Origin: Octopus sinensis
Taxonomy: Eukaryota
Length of the DNA stretch: 64,000 nucleotides
Direction: 5' to 3'
Assembly: GCF_006345805.1 (NCBI RefSeq)
Contig: NC_043010.1
Span: 3,224,001 to 3,288,000 of the forward strand
Shown: positions 25,233 through 38,074 of the stretch, piece after piece
Layout of the letters: each line of letters begins with the position of its first letter
Numbering within the stretch: the first letter of the stretch is position 1
Program-made: the position numbers and the translations under genes
The notes under the pieces: model-generated
The model's input: the letters and a program-made list of their open reading frames with translations, nothing else
What the model was told of the DNA's origin: nothing
Database searches by the model: none

Positions 25233-26830
25233 GTATGTATGTATGTCATTATTCAGCTTTATTTCAAGATTTTTTGTCAATAGAGAAAGAGCCAGTTTGT
25301 AACTTAGATCCAAGGCTCCTTCACTGGAATTTCAATAGCATCAACAAGGTATTCTTGATTGTATGTACGTAGGTATATGTGCAGATTTGTATGCTTTGTT
25401 TTATGTATATCTTCTCATTCATATAGTTGCACGTCTAGTCATGCTCATAAATACTTAAATGATAAACTTCTGGAAAGTTTTATAGATTTTTAGTTCCAGT
25501 GATGGCTTGGATCTGTAGTCTTTGAATCAGCTTTCCCCTTTCTGATTTTCAGAAGCCTAATTTCTCAAGATTGCTTCTTAGGCAGTATGTTACATATCTC
25601 AGTACTTCAATAATTACAAGTATAAACCTGAATTTGTAATGTGGATAGAATAACTGTAGATTTCTCAATAGTTCAGCATAAGTATTCTCTTTTCCGCTAA
25701 TCTCTAGCTTTAAGTTAACATCTGTTGAATAGCTGATTTTCACAACTGTACAGTTTCCATTCTCTATCCCAAATCACTATGTCAGGCCTATTATATTTTC
25801 ATTTTATTGAGCTTTACACTCAGGCATTCCATCAATACTCCTTTTTATTATAAATGACTATGGTTTCTACCATACTGTGGGCTTTTATTTCTTTGGTCTC
25901 AAGGTTATCCTTACGATGGATCTCATTATACAGTGTCTTAGCTACAAAATCATGCATCATTGGTAGATAATAGTGTGATGACATTTTTGGACAACTGCTT
26001 ATGGTGTGAGTAATATCTTCAGTGTTAACTTTACAAAGTCTGCATCGGTTATCACATTTTGCTGCCTTTCCTGCCTCTCTATCCCTTCTGAGCATCAGGT
26101 ATTTGGTTGATATTTCCTATTCCTGGATTGCAAATGCATACTCTTTAAAGTGGGAGTTAGACTGCTTTGATGATCAATATTACGATCATCCCGGAGCTTT
26201 CTAACAACATATCCATGCAAAGTCTTCTGCTGATATACGCTTATCCTTTCAGCTGATGATATGTTTTGGTAGAGTCATGCAACTTTCTTTGGGCATGTAT
26301 TTAATGTTATCAACAAGAATGCTGCTCAGGGAGCTGCTTTCTAAATCTAATGATGTTATCAGTCTCATGTATGCAAACTCGGTCAAGGGATGCACTTCGA
26401 CATTTGCTGGTTAAAAGATGTTGCTGAAGGGATATGATATGACATTCAAAGGAAGTCTGGATCGATGTTAAGCCACTGCCCCCTTGATTTTTTTAGGTAG
26501 AAGCAATCTACGTCATTGCTGATGTAGAAATTACATGTGCTGATAAGTATCTTCTGGCTTCACAGATCTCATCAACTGTCCAATCAAGTAACCCAAATGT
26601 TGGTATGAGTACTGGCACTGCAAGCACATTGTGGGCCATTGTTTCATTAAATACAGAAAGTTCTGAGGTCTATGTTTTCTTTATTTAGTTGTAATATTCT
26701 TTAATGACATGTTTTGAAACAGGTGCCATTGTAAGATATGTTTTCATCCACCCCTAGATACCTGTAACATTGCTCATCAGATATAAGGGAAACAGTTAAC
26801 TCATTGACAGAAGTGTTGCTAATCTGGTTT
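25233..26830 (-). mobile_element. R4/Dong-clade (RLE) non-LTR retrotransposon, 5'-truncated and decayed
   Basis: YRYLGVDEN; HNVLAVPVLIPTFGLLDWTVDEI; CCHC finger CRLCKVNTEDITHTISSCP; RLE region KENTYAELLRNLQ..KFRFI; ends in (CATA)n. Confidence 0.85.
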
Positions 26831-28129
26831 TGAATATATTTTTTCACTAGCATTTATCTCTCCATTTTACTATTAATTCAATCTAGTATAAAAATCAAAG
26901 AAATGTTTAATTTTCTATTAGGTTGACTGGAACAAATTATTTTCATATTCTTTGGCTGGTGGCAGAGTTTGGTATTCTGAATTACAGGACAAAATCTTGT
27001 AAAACTTCACTATGTTGTCAATATAACATCAAAAACACTTGGTCACCCATGCATGTCCAAGCACAATTCTAAATACATACAGTTTGACTCTTTTACTTGT
27101 CTCAGTCACTGGACTGTGACCATACCAGGACCCCACCTTGAAAGGTTTAGTCAATTAAATCAACTTCTTAATGTAGTGCTCCTTTGTTCTCTTTTTGCTG
27201 GACCACTAAGTTATAGGGATGCAAAAACCAATTGCACTTTTCAATCATTGGTGTGAGAAATACAAATATGCACACTCACAGCAATACACATGCACTCATG
27301 CACACACCCAAACAAATATAAATATGTGTGTGTATGTGTCTGTGTGTGTGTGTGTGTGTGTTTGAATGCACTTATATATATATATATGTATATATAAAGA
27401 GATTAATGATAGAAAATGGAACAGGCAACATTCTTGACTTAAAATTACCACAATTGTTTTGATGCATTTTTTACTCTTTCAGGGCATTTTGGGGTACTCA
27501 GAATATGAGTATATGTATATTTTTAATAATATTTAGCAGAAGTCACAGGGTGCTTCAAGGTCTGAGAGTTTTGTGCACTTTGGTAAGTGCCAATGCATGA
27601 GATCCTGTGACCTTACTTCTGCTACTAAATATTAATAAAAATATATATGTATGTATGTGTGCGTGTGTGTGTGTGTGTGTGTTTGAATTCCTGGCATTGG
27701 TCACAAATGGCAGGTATAGTGTTTGATTATGGTCAACTCATGGTTACTTCTTTAATGTTGACCAGTGTATAAGCACTTTATAGCATGGACTAGGGAGGAT
27801 TTTATCCTACCACAAGCACTAAAGATGAGCTCGAAGTAAAAACTATGTATAAGCTGAGTAAGATGTAGTGTATAAGAGAGATAGGAAAGCATTGATAGTT
27901 ATGGCCATGTAATGCTTACCAAAGCTGAGTTTAAGAAGTGCTAAGAAATACCTGTGAAGAGAAAACAGTTGAAAAGGAAGACCAAGAAAGACATGGAGAA
28001 AAGTGGAAAAAGTTGATCTTGGGATGCTGAACTACATAAAGGAGATAAGAAAGGAATGCAACAAGTGATGGGTCATTGTGGAGGAGATGATCCTTCCAAC
28101 TCATGCAAAAAGATCTCAAATTTTATTTG

Positions 28130-28450
28130 ATTTGCTTTTCGCAGGAAGGAAAGTTTCTTTCGAAGATACGTCTCGCCTTCACCTTCGAAACGTAGAGTAG
28201 ATGAAACCATGGTGACTGAAGAAGGGGTTTTTTTCTTTGTGTTATTTGTTCGGTACTCTATTTTTTTTGTTGTTTAAGAAAAATGTCCAGTTCCTTGGGT
28301 TTGTGTCTATGTTTTTGTTTCTCATTGTGTTCAACGTTTTTTTTGGTGTCCTGTACTCATATATGCTTGTATATATACATGTAGAGGTAAGTACGTACAT
28401 ATATGTATATATATATGCATATGTTTTATTTATTAATATATATATATATA
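28130..28450 (+). mobile_element. pLTR-like element family copy (homologous to 33480-33742 on the minus strand)
   Basis: Shared blocks TTC(G/A)AAACG.AGAGT..CTGA.GAAGGG and TTTCTCATT..GTCCTGTAC.C.TATATGC, ending in TA-rich repeats. Confidence 0.5.
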
Positions 28451-28683
28451 TAGGCATTATATATATATGGATATATATTATATATAAATGAATATGAGGA
28501 ATAAATTATCTTGCTGATAATATCTGTGTGAAATATATTAAGTTAGTGTTAAAATATTAAATGAATGAGCATTGTGTGTATACATGCAAAAACACATATA
28601 TGTATGTGTATAAACATATACATACACACACTGAAACATAAATATACATACATATATATATAATATCTATCCATCTATCTATT

Positions 28684-28742
<59 letters not shown>

Positions 28743-28764
28743 GTATATATATATATAATATATA

Positions 28765-28926
28765 TATATATATGTATGTATGTATGTATATATGTATGTA
28801 TATATTGGCAGAGAAATATGTAGGCTATGAGTTTAAGTTATGGGGTTACACACCAGGTTGCAATCTTACAACTAATTCAGTTCAAATGAATAATCACATG
28901 CTTTAATGCATAGGAAGATAGATGTG

Positions 28927-28977
<51 letters not shown>

Positions 28978-29114
28978 ATATGTATGTATATATTGGCAGA
29001 GAAATATGTAGGCTATGAGTTTAAGTTATGGGGTTACACACCAGGTTGCAATCTTACAACTAATTCAGTTCAAATGAATAATCACATGCTTTAATGCATA
29101 GGAAGATAGATGTG

Positions 29115-29140
<26 letters not shown>
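28765..29140. repeat. 188-bp tandem duplication
   Basis: The unique core 28805-28927 is repeated identically at 28993-29115; the junctions lie in (TA)n. Confidence 0.9.
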
Positions 29141-29147
<7 letters not shown>

Positions 29148-29809
29148 CACACATACATATGGATGGATAGATAGAAAGACAGATAGATCAGAAAAGCAAG
29201 CTGGAGAGAGAGAAAGAGAAAGAGGAGGTAGAGTAATGGGTGTATGTGTAGGTGGGCTGGTATGTGTGTGAGTACAAATTTGCAATCCTTTCAACATAAT
29301 ATAATAACTGCATTGTTTGATGAAAGTTTGATACAGAAAATATATTGACAAGCAGTCTTGATACATTGTTATTAGTACAACAATAGGTGGCAGTGTACTG
29401 ACACAAAGCTTAGAATATCAGACAAAATGTCTTGTGGTATTTGGTTATGGCAAACTATGTTCTGAGTTCAAATACTGCTAAAGTCGATTTTGCTTTTCAT
29501 CCTTTTGGACACAATTAAAAAAATAACCAGCCAAACACTGAGATCAATGTAATTGACTATACCTCCCTCGTTCCCTAATATCTAGCCTTCTGCTCATTTT
29601 AGAAAAGTTTTTATTGGGGACAAGCATAGCCGACACTACTGAATATCTTACGTCCCAAACATATGACCTTGAGTTCAGTCCCATTGTACAGTACCTTGGT
29701 CAAATGACTTCTAATAAAGCTCTGGGCTAACCAAAACATTTTGAGCAAATTTGATAGCAGGAAACTGAAGAAGCTTGTCATATGTATGCATGTGTGTGCA
29801 TGAATATAT

Positions 29810-30272
29810 ACAAGGTGTGGTAAATAAACTGTTGTCTAAATTACGCAAAAAAAAAATGACACTGACATTCCATTTTAACAGATATATTTACCAAAATTAC
29901 ATAAAAATGTCTTGAAATACTAAAGAGTAAATTTATTCAATAAAATCGCCATTGGCTTCAACCTTGGCCTCCAGACGACTTTGGAATCTTTTGCAACTCT
30001 TCTGGATTGTCTCCTTGTTTAAGTTGGTGAATGCTGCTATAATCCTTGCCTTCATTTCATATTTGGTGCAACAAGGAGTTTTGTTGGTCTCTCACTCAAC
30101 TGCGCCCCGTACATAATAATCAAGCGGGGTTGCAGTCTGGGGAGTTAGGTGGCCAGATGTTAGGGGTGATGTGGTCGCAGAAATTGTCTGACAGCCATGA
30201 CTGGGTTCTGCTGCTTGTGTGGCATGGTGCTGAGTCCTGTTGCCAGACACAGGGTCTTCCAGCAGCCACCCT
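29810..30272 (-). mobile_element. Tc1/mariner-superfamily transposon 3' fragment
   Basis: PNIWPPNSPDCNPLDYYVRGAVE motif; the terminal region is the reverse complement of 37500-37660. Confidence 0.8.
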
Positions 30273-30490
30273 AAGTTTAGTGGTGTAACACTTGGAAAGA
30301 CAAATTTACATATTAAATACATTCCTGCCAGCTGGTATGTAAATATTAATGGCTAGAACATGGTATTAAATTTTACAAGTCAATATTGTGCCTTTGACTG
30401 CTAACACAAAAGTAAGGTACAATATTGATATATTCATGGATTGTTGATGGGCTAGATATGGTGCTGATGAAAAAGCAATAACTTGAAATA

Positions 30491-31102
30491 CAGTAACCCC
30501 TCGCCATATCGTGGTTCACCTATCACGGTTCACCTATCATGGTTTATTATTTACTAGGACTATGACCCGGCAACGCCGGGTCATAGTGATAGTGCATGCA
30601 TATACAGCTGCATGCGTGCACACATATATACAAGTACTGTATATACAAATATACAAATCTCTGACCAATCACATACAGCTAGCTGGCATTCAATTGCCGT
30701 ATCAAGTTTCAGGCATTTTGATTAGGTTTTGGTTAGAAAATTCACAAAAAAGTCACTTCTATTGATTTTTTAATGGCCTTGTGAGGTGACTGGGGAAATG
30801 TAAAGATGTGCATGACCACCCTTGGACAGTTTTGAATGCCCATAGAACGTGCGAGCTCTCTAACTGAAAAACTGTGGATTTATATAAAGAACACACACAC
30901 AGACATTTTGCCATTTATATATAGAGAGAAGCTTACACTAATTCCTCCATGGTGTTGTTTTGTATTCATAATGAAATAAATATATACAACTTATAAAAAT
31001 AATAAAAGAAATATACAGTACAGAACTGTTTCCACTTTGTGGATTTTCACCTGTCACAGGGGGTTTTGGAACATAACACCCATGATAATCAAGGGATTAC
31101 TG
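30491..31102. mobile_element. pogo/Tigger-like MITE containing a nested Helitron-like insert
   Basis: TA-cagtaacccctcg ... caagggattactg-TA termini. Confidence 0.65.
30554..30929 (-). mobile_element. Non-autonomous Helitron-like element
   Basis: 5' TCTCTCTATATATAAA; 3' GC-rich hairpin (gacccggcgttgccgggtc) then CTAG|T. The 5' 240 bp recur at 14472-14712 (+), preceded by A. Confidence 0.7.
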
Positions 31103-31502
31103 TATACATATACACACCTATTTTTTCTATCTTTGCTTGCATTGTCTACATAAACACTTCCATATACAAAATGTCATAACTTTCAGTCTGAATTCAAGGG
31201 AATGTTGCAACCTCAGTCATTTATACACCATGGAAGCCAAGTAACCAGCTTTATGAATCCTGAGGTTCAAGAAATTTTTTTTTACAAAGTGTAGTTGTGA
31301 GCAGAAATAGACACCCTTCTCATCCCACCCATCCAGTGGAATACTGAGGATGTGAGAAATTGAGATGAGGGAGCTGTGCTACCACTAGGTTATTACTCAT
31401 TTTCAGCTGGGTAGACTGAAGTGAGACGAAATTATGTGTCTCACTCGATGACACTGTGTGCCACCCAATCTAGAAATCGAATTCACAGAGCTCAACACAC
31501 TG

Positions 31503-32164
31503 ACCATAAGACCAAGACCACAAGACCATAAGACCATAAGACCACAAGACCATAAGACCATAAGACCACAAGACCATAAGACCATAAGACCATAAGACCA
31601 TAAGACCATAAGACCAAGACCACTAGACCACAAGACCATAAGACCATAAGACCACAAGACCACAAGACCATAAGACCATAAGACCATAAGACCATAAGAC
31701 CACAAGACCATAAGACCATAAGACCACAAGACCATAAGACCATAAGACCATAAGACCACAAGACCATAAGACCATAAGACCACAAGACCATAAGACCATA
31801 AGACCATAAAACCACAAGACCACAAGACCATAAGACCACAAGACCATAAGACCAAGAGCACAAGACCACAAGACCATAAGACCATAAGACCATAAGACCA
31901 TAAGACCAAGACCACAAGACCACAAGACCACAAGACCACAAGACCACAAGACCATAAGACCACAAGACCATAAGACCACAAGACCATAAGACCATAAGAC
32001 CATAAGACCAAGACCATAAGACCAAGACCACAAGACCATAAAACCACAAGACCACAAGACCATAAGACCATAAGACCATAAGACCATAAGACCAAGACCA
32101 CAAGACCACAAGACCACAAGACCATAAGACCATAAGACCATAAGACCATAAGACCAAGACCACA
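31503..32164. repeat. Octamer satellite (ACCATAAG / ACCACAAG with ACCAAG hexamer spacers)
   Basis: About 85 contiguous units read directly from the sequence; source of the spurious LMVLWSYG ORFs. Confidence 0.95.
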
Positions 32165-33434
32165 TACCTATTATTGCAAGTTTAACACTAAATTCAGAAA
32201 AGTTCCATGTAAACCTGATAACAGTATGCTTGCGTAGAGTTTTGTATATCTGTCTCCATCACAGTATGTGTGTGCGCATGTGCATGCACGTGTGTGTGTG
32301 TGTGCACGTGTGTGCATGCATGTGTGCGTGTGTGCATGTGTGTGATAGGAGTTGATTAGTGCAAAAGTAATTAGGAATTTAAGAAAACAGTATAGCTGCT
32401 GGGAAGAAATAAAGTAAAATTTTTATTACAAACAACAAAAAAATCTTTTAATGAAATTACTATTTGCAATATCGGGAAGATTTTTGCTTTCCTAACAAGA
32501 TAATTGTCTATTAAAGTTGGAGCTAAGGAATAATTATGGAAAAAGGTGCAGAGAGAATTTTCTGATTTTCATTCCTTTAGATTTTTTCTATAACTATTTA
32601 ATTCTTATTTTATTCTTCATGGCAATTGGTAACTAACAGCGCCATTAGTTACAGGTTCATTTTACTTCTCACTGGTTCACTGGTCACAGGTTCACTTTAT
32701 TTTTGACTGGTTCACTTTATTTTTCACTGTGAGAGTGACCAGGGAGTGTCTGTAATCGGATGCAGAACAAATACCACAAAACTTCAATTCAAAGAGCACC
32801 AACTTTTCAGTGTTCTCCATGATATTTGCATCCTTTCGCAATGTACATTAGCAAAAGATATTATTTATAATACATGTATGTAGGTAGGATTATTATTATT
32901 ATAAACATACATACATACATATATATATATCGTTTAATGCCCATTTTCCATGCTAGCATGGGTTGGACAGATATATATATGTCTGTGCAGGTGGCACGTA
33001 AAAAGCACCCACTACACTCACGGAGTGGTTGGTGTTAGGAAGGGCATCCAGCTGTAGAAACATTGCCAGATCAGACTTGAGCCTGGTGCAGCCCTGGCTT
33101 CCCAGACCCCGGTCGAACCGTCCAACCCGTGCTAGCGTGGAAAACGGACGTTAAACGATGATGATGATGATGATGATATATAGGTATACATATAGGTAAA
33201 TACACATGCACACATATGATCATTTTGACATCATATAACTGGTACACAATGCACCTGTATGGGGAAATATCAATTTGAAAGAGAAAGTGAGCTCTTGTAG
33301 AGTAGAAGTATTTGATCACTATAAACAAATCATCCATACATGTTGTTCAACAAGGAATTGTGGAAGCATTTTTCTCAAACTCAATAGACTCCAGCACAGT
33401 TAAATGATTGAAACAAGTAAAAGAATAAAAGAAC

Positions 33435-33479
<45 letters not shown>

Positions 33480-33500
<21 letters not shown>

Positions 33501-33762
33501 AATATATGCATATATACATACATATATGTACATACCTACATATATATGTATATATACATGCATATACGGGTACAGGACATAAAAAACATCAACAAAATGA
33601 GAAACAAGAATATAAAACACATAAATATAGAAAACGAACTTTTTTTGAACAACGAAAGAAGCAAATAGAGAAATCAGACAGGTAACATAAAGAACATTCC
33701 CTTCATCAGTTGTCCCCTGTTTTATCAACTCTGCGTTTTGAATATATATATATACATATATT

Positions 33763-33796
<34 letters not shown>

Positions 33797-34017
33797 CACA
33801 TATATATATATATATATATACATATATATAAAGGAATATGTACTTACATACAAGGCCAAAGAGGACACCGCTATATATATTATATGTAGAAAAATACAAA
33901 CTGGGACAAGAACGTAAAACATTTAGAAGACGATACAAAAAACACGGACGGGACATTCGAAGCCTTCAATCTTCAATCAAGAACCGGATCATCCTCGCAA
34001 TTTCGCTGATTAATCTT
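33480..34017 (-). mobile_element. Two adjacent pLTR-like fragments embedded in (TA)n
   Basis: 33480-33742 is homologous to the 28.1-kb element; 33830-34017 is a second CpG-containing insert bounded by (TA)n and (TG)n. Confidence 0.45.
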
Positions 34018-35696
34018 GTGTGTGTGTGTGTGTGTGTGTGTGTTAGTGTGTGTGTATGAAAGCCTTCTCCATGGCTTCCATTTATTAAATTCTACTCATA
34101 GGACAATTAGCCAATATATTATACACTGGAATCGAACCCAGAACATTGTGCAAAGAAAATTTCTTAACACTACAGCTATTCCTAAAATGTTAATCAATGC
34201 ATTGTACTTTTCCCATTCAAAGCATAAATCTTTCATATAAGGACGTGGATATCAGCCTGCTTACATCTGTAAATTTCATGGAGTCACCTAATTTTACCAA
34301 TGACAGCAAAACGAAATGTGTCAAAATCTTTCTGCAGCCTTAGTGCAGTATCTCTATGCAGTACACGTGCTGCTATTAGCCTGAGCCTCCTGTCTTTCAA
34401 TTTCATAATTAATACAGTATATTATTGTAAAGATTGTTGATATCGGGAAGAGCATCTGGTAGTAATAAAAAAGAAAACAAAAATGCTATGCTTCTGTGAT
34501 TCTAATGAGGAGTGGGAAATTTTCAGTTTTATTTCATTCCTAGGCACGTGCAAGGCTGTATTGATATGATAATCACAGGCATAACTGTTACTTAAGAAGC
34601 TCACTTTTTTAACCAAGTGTCTTTAGGTTCAGTTCCATTGCACAGCACCAAGGGCAAATGAATTCCACTGTAGTAGCCTACTAATGCCTTGTGAGCAGAC
34701 TTGTAGACACAAACTGTATGGAAGCCTGTTATACATACATATATACAGATATGTATAGACATACACACACATGTATGTATGTATGTATGTATGTATGGAT
34801 GGATGGATGAATGGATGGATGAATGGATGTATTTATGGATGTATATGTATGTATGTATGGATGGATGGATGGATGAATGGATGTATTTATGGATGTATTT
34901 ATGGATGTATGTATGTATGTATGGATGGATGGATGGATGTATGTATGTATGTGTGTATGTATGTATATAAAGGAGGCTAGCTAGACAGACAGACAGACAG
35001 AGAGACAGGCAGACAGATAGATAGATATATGTGTATCATTGTGTTTGTCCCCCACCACCACCACCACCACATGGCAACCAGTAGTGGATTACTTATGTGC
35101 TCGTGACTTAGTGGTTTGGCAAAAGAGACCGATAGAATAAATACCTGATTAACAAAAAAAAAAATACTGGAGTCAATTTGTGTGACTGAAACCTTCAAAG
35201 CAATGCTCCAGCAGAGGCACAGTCTAATGACTGAAGCAAGAAAAAGAATACATGATAGAAGATTCAAACGACAAGTATTTTTCCATCTATATTTCCTGTA
35301 TTTGTTGAGATAAACTGGAAGAGATTGCAGAAGTCCTTTCGGGCATTTAAGGGATTGAAAGATGCATCCAGATGGGAGAGGACAACAGAGTAGCAAAGAG
35401 TTTGTCTGTGGAGCTATCTGTTGTCTTTTGTCTTTTACTGGTTTCAGTCATTGGACTGTGGCCATGCTGGGGCACCACCTTGGAAGAATTTTTGTTAATT
35501 GAATGCATCGACACCAGTACTTTTATTTTTGCTTTTTAAAGCCTGATACTTATTTTATTGGTGGCTTTTGCTGAACTGCTAAGTTACGTGTATGTAAGCA
35601 CATCAACACCAGTTCTTAAGCCATGGTGAAGGACAAACACAGACACAAAGACACACACATGGTGAGCTTCTTTTCAGTTTCCATCAACCAAATACA

Positions 35697-35730
<34 letters not shown>

Positions 35731-35752
35731 TGTGCTGAGATGCAGCACGGAC

Positions 35753-35802
35753 TTTGTCAGTGAACAGGTCGCGGATTTTAGCGCCGAAAATATTTTGACA
35801 AA
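35753..35802 (+). ncRNA. Type-I hammerhead ribozyme candidate with G3:C8 core
   Basis: tttgtca-GTGAACA-ggtcgc ggatttta gcgcc-GAAA-atat-TT-tgacaaa: 7-bp stem I, GC-rich stem II, palindromic stem III. It lies in a ~155-bp insert between two (TA)n tracts. Confidence 0.6.
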
Positions 35803-35902
35803 TTAAACTTAAATGTTGAAGTGAACTGAACGGCTTTTGTGTGTTTCTTAAATGGCTTATAAACACCTTCCACGCTGCAATTGTATATATATATATATAT
35901 AT

Positions 35903-37050
35903 ATCATCATCATCATTTAACTTCCACTTTCCATGTTGGCATGGGTTGGATGATTTGACTGAAAACTGGTAACCTAGGAGGCTGCACCAGGTTCTGATCT
36001 GATTTGGCAAAGTTTCTATGGTTGGATGCCCTTCTTAACGCCAACCACTCCAAGAGTGTAGTGGGTGTTTTTTATTTGCCACATGTTTTTTTTTTATGTG
36101 CCAATGACCTGACACCAGCATCGGCCACAACTACACCCTCAGTTAACTCGGCAGATCTACACAAGCACGGTATATCCCCCAAAATCTTGGTCATGTGTCC
36201 CTGCCTCCATGAGGCCCAATGCTCGAACAGTACTTTTTACATGCCACTGGCACAGCTGCCAGTCAGACGGCACTGGCTTCAGCCATGACTACAATTTCAC
36301 TCAGTTCAATAGATCTTAACAAGCACAGCATATCACCCAATGAGTGAAGAGTGCTTTCAACGGGCCAGTTACCCAACACTGGCATCAGCCACAACTATGA
36401 TCTCACTTGGCTTGAAGTCACTGCCTCCATGAGGCACAATGCTTGAATGGTGCTTTTTATGTGTCCCCAGCATGGGTGCCAGTCAGACAGCCTGGCATTG
36501 GCCATGACTACAATTTCGTTCAGTTTGACAGGTTTTCATTAGCAAAGCATATCATCCAACAATTGAAGGGTGTTTTTAATGGACCATTTACTCAACACCA
36601 GTATTGGCCATGACTATGGTCTCCCTTGGCTTGCCAGGTCTTCTCAAGCACAGCATATCTCCAAAGGTCTCGGTCGCTTTTCATTGCCTCTGTGAGACCC
36701 AATCTCATCCCATGTCTTCCTGGGTCTACCTCTTCTACAGGTTCCCTCCACTGTTAGAGTGCAACACTTCACACAGCTTCACGGGTACATCTTATGCAGT
36801 TTCTACCTACTGCTTTTCTACAGATCAAGCAGGGTCATCTACCTGAAAGGATTTGTGATTTGTCCATCTTCCTACTCACTAATACTTTGGTTTTTGCTAG
36901 ATTAACTCATTTTCTCTCACACACTGTCTTGCAATTCGAAACACTTCAAGTCTCTAGTCCTTATAACACAGGACATTGGCAAATCTCTTTTTTTCTGCTT
37001 CCCCTTTGGCCAAGTAAACCTGTCTCCTAGCTTCGCTTCTGGCTATCTGA
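35903..37050 (-). mobile_element. RTE-clade LINE remnant
   Basis: 3' UTR homologous to the 41.9-kb copy, plus RELYQIARSEARRQVYLAKGEAEKKRFANV homologous to 43.6-43.8 kb. Confidence 0.8.
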
Positions 37051-37059
37051 TACAGTTCC

Positions 37060-37662
37060 CTGATAAAAATCAAACATCCAGTCAACATCATGGTGTTTGG
37101 AGTGATCACTAGTGATGGCAACATTATGCCTCCCGTCATCTTGCCACATGGCCTCAGTCTCAACATGGAGGCCTACATCATGTGCCTGAAGTAGGTAGTT
37201 TTGCCCTGAGTCAAGAGGGTGACTGCTGGAAGACCCTGTGTCTGACAACAGGGCTCTGCACCATGCCACACATGCAAGAGAACTCAGTCATGGTTGTCAG
37301 ACAATTTCTGCAACCACATCACCCTTAACATCCAGCCACCTAACTCCCCAGACTGCAATCCCCTTGATTATTATGTGAAGGGTGCACCAGAACTCCTTAT
37401 AACAGCAAATATGAACTGAAGGCAAGGATTATGACAGCATTCACCAACTTAAACAAGGAGACCGTCCAGAAGAATTGCAGGAGATTCCAAAGTCGTCTGG
37501 AGGCCGTGGTTGAAGCCAATAGCTAATCTATTAAATAAATTTACTCGTTAGTATTTCAAGACATTTTTATGTAATTTTGGTAAATATATCTGTCAAAATG
37601 AGATGTCAAGTGTTATTTTCATTTTTGCGTAATTTAGACACAGTTTATTCACTGCTCCCTGT
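37060..37662 (+). mobile_element. Tc1/mariner-superfamily transposon 3' fragment (same family as 29.8 kb)
   Basis: IMVFGVITSDGNIMPP, QQGSAPCH (cf. QQDxAPxH), PPNSPDCNPLDYYV. Confidence 0.8.
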
Positions 37663-38074
37663 GATACATATACGTATGTATGTATATGTACACACACACA
37701 CACACACACACACATGAATGTATACAAGTATGGATATACTTATTTATATAGCTTACATACACACGCAAAATTTATGCCAATCATTCCTTTTATTGTAGAA
37801 TCAGTTCAACAGTTATTTTCCTTATTGCAGAATAAATATTTCTAATGCAAAATTATTAGAAAATGAATGGCAGAATATTTTACAGAGAAAAACAGAGAAT
37901 TTTTGAGAGTTGATGAAAGAATGAATGCTCTCCCCTGGTTGGAGCTGAGCGCAAAATTGTGTGTTTGTGTGTGTGTGTGCGTGTGTGTGTGGAAGCCTTC
38001 TGCTTATGGCTTTACATTGTTTCAATCGATTGACAGTGGCCATGCTGGGGCTTTTATTTTATGTATCACATATA

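Noticed and set aside
30458-30500. CTGATGA...GAAA hammerhead-like string
   Set aside because: Stem I does not pair, and the 3' part belongs to the MITE terminus inserted at this TA.
31403-32165. Three long LMVLWSYG-repeat ORFs, or a CRISPR-like array
   Set aside because: Products of a stop-poor 8-bp satellite; there are no unique spacers and the context is eukaryotic.
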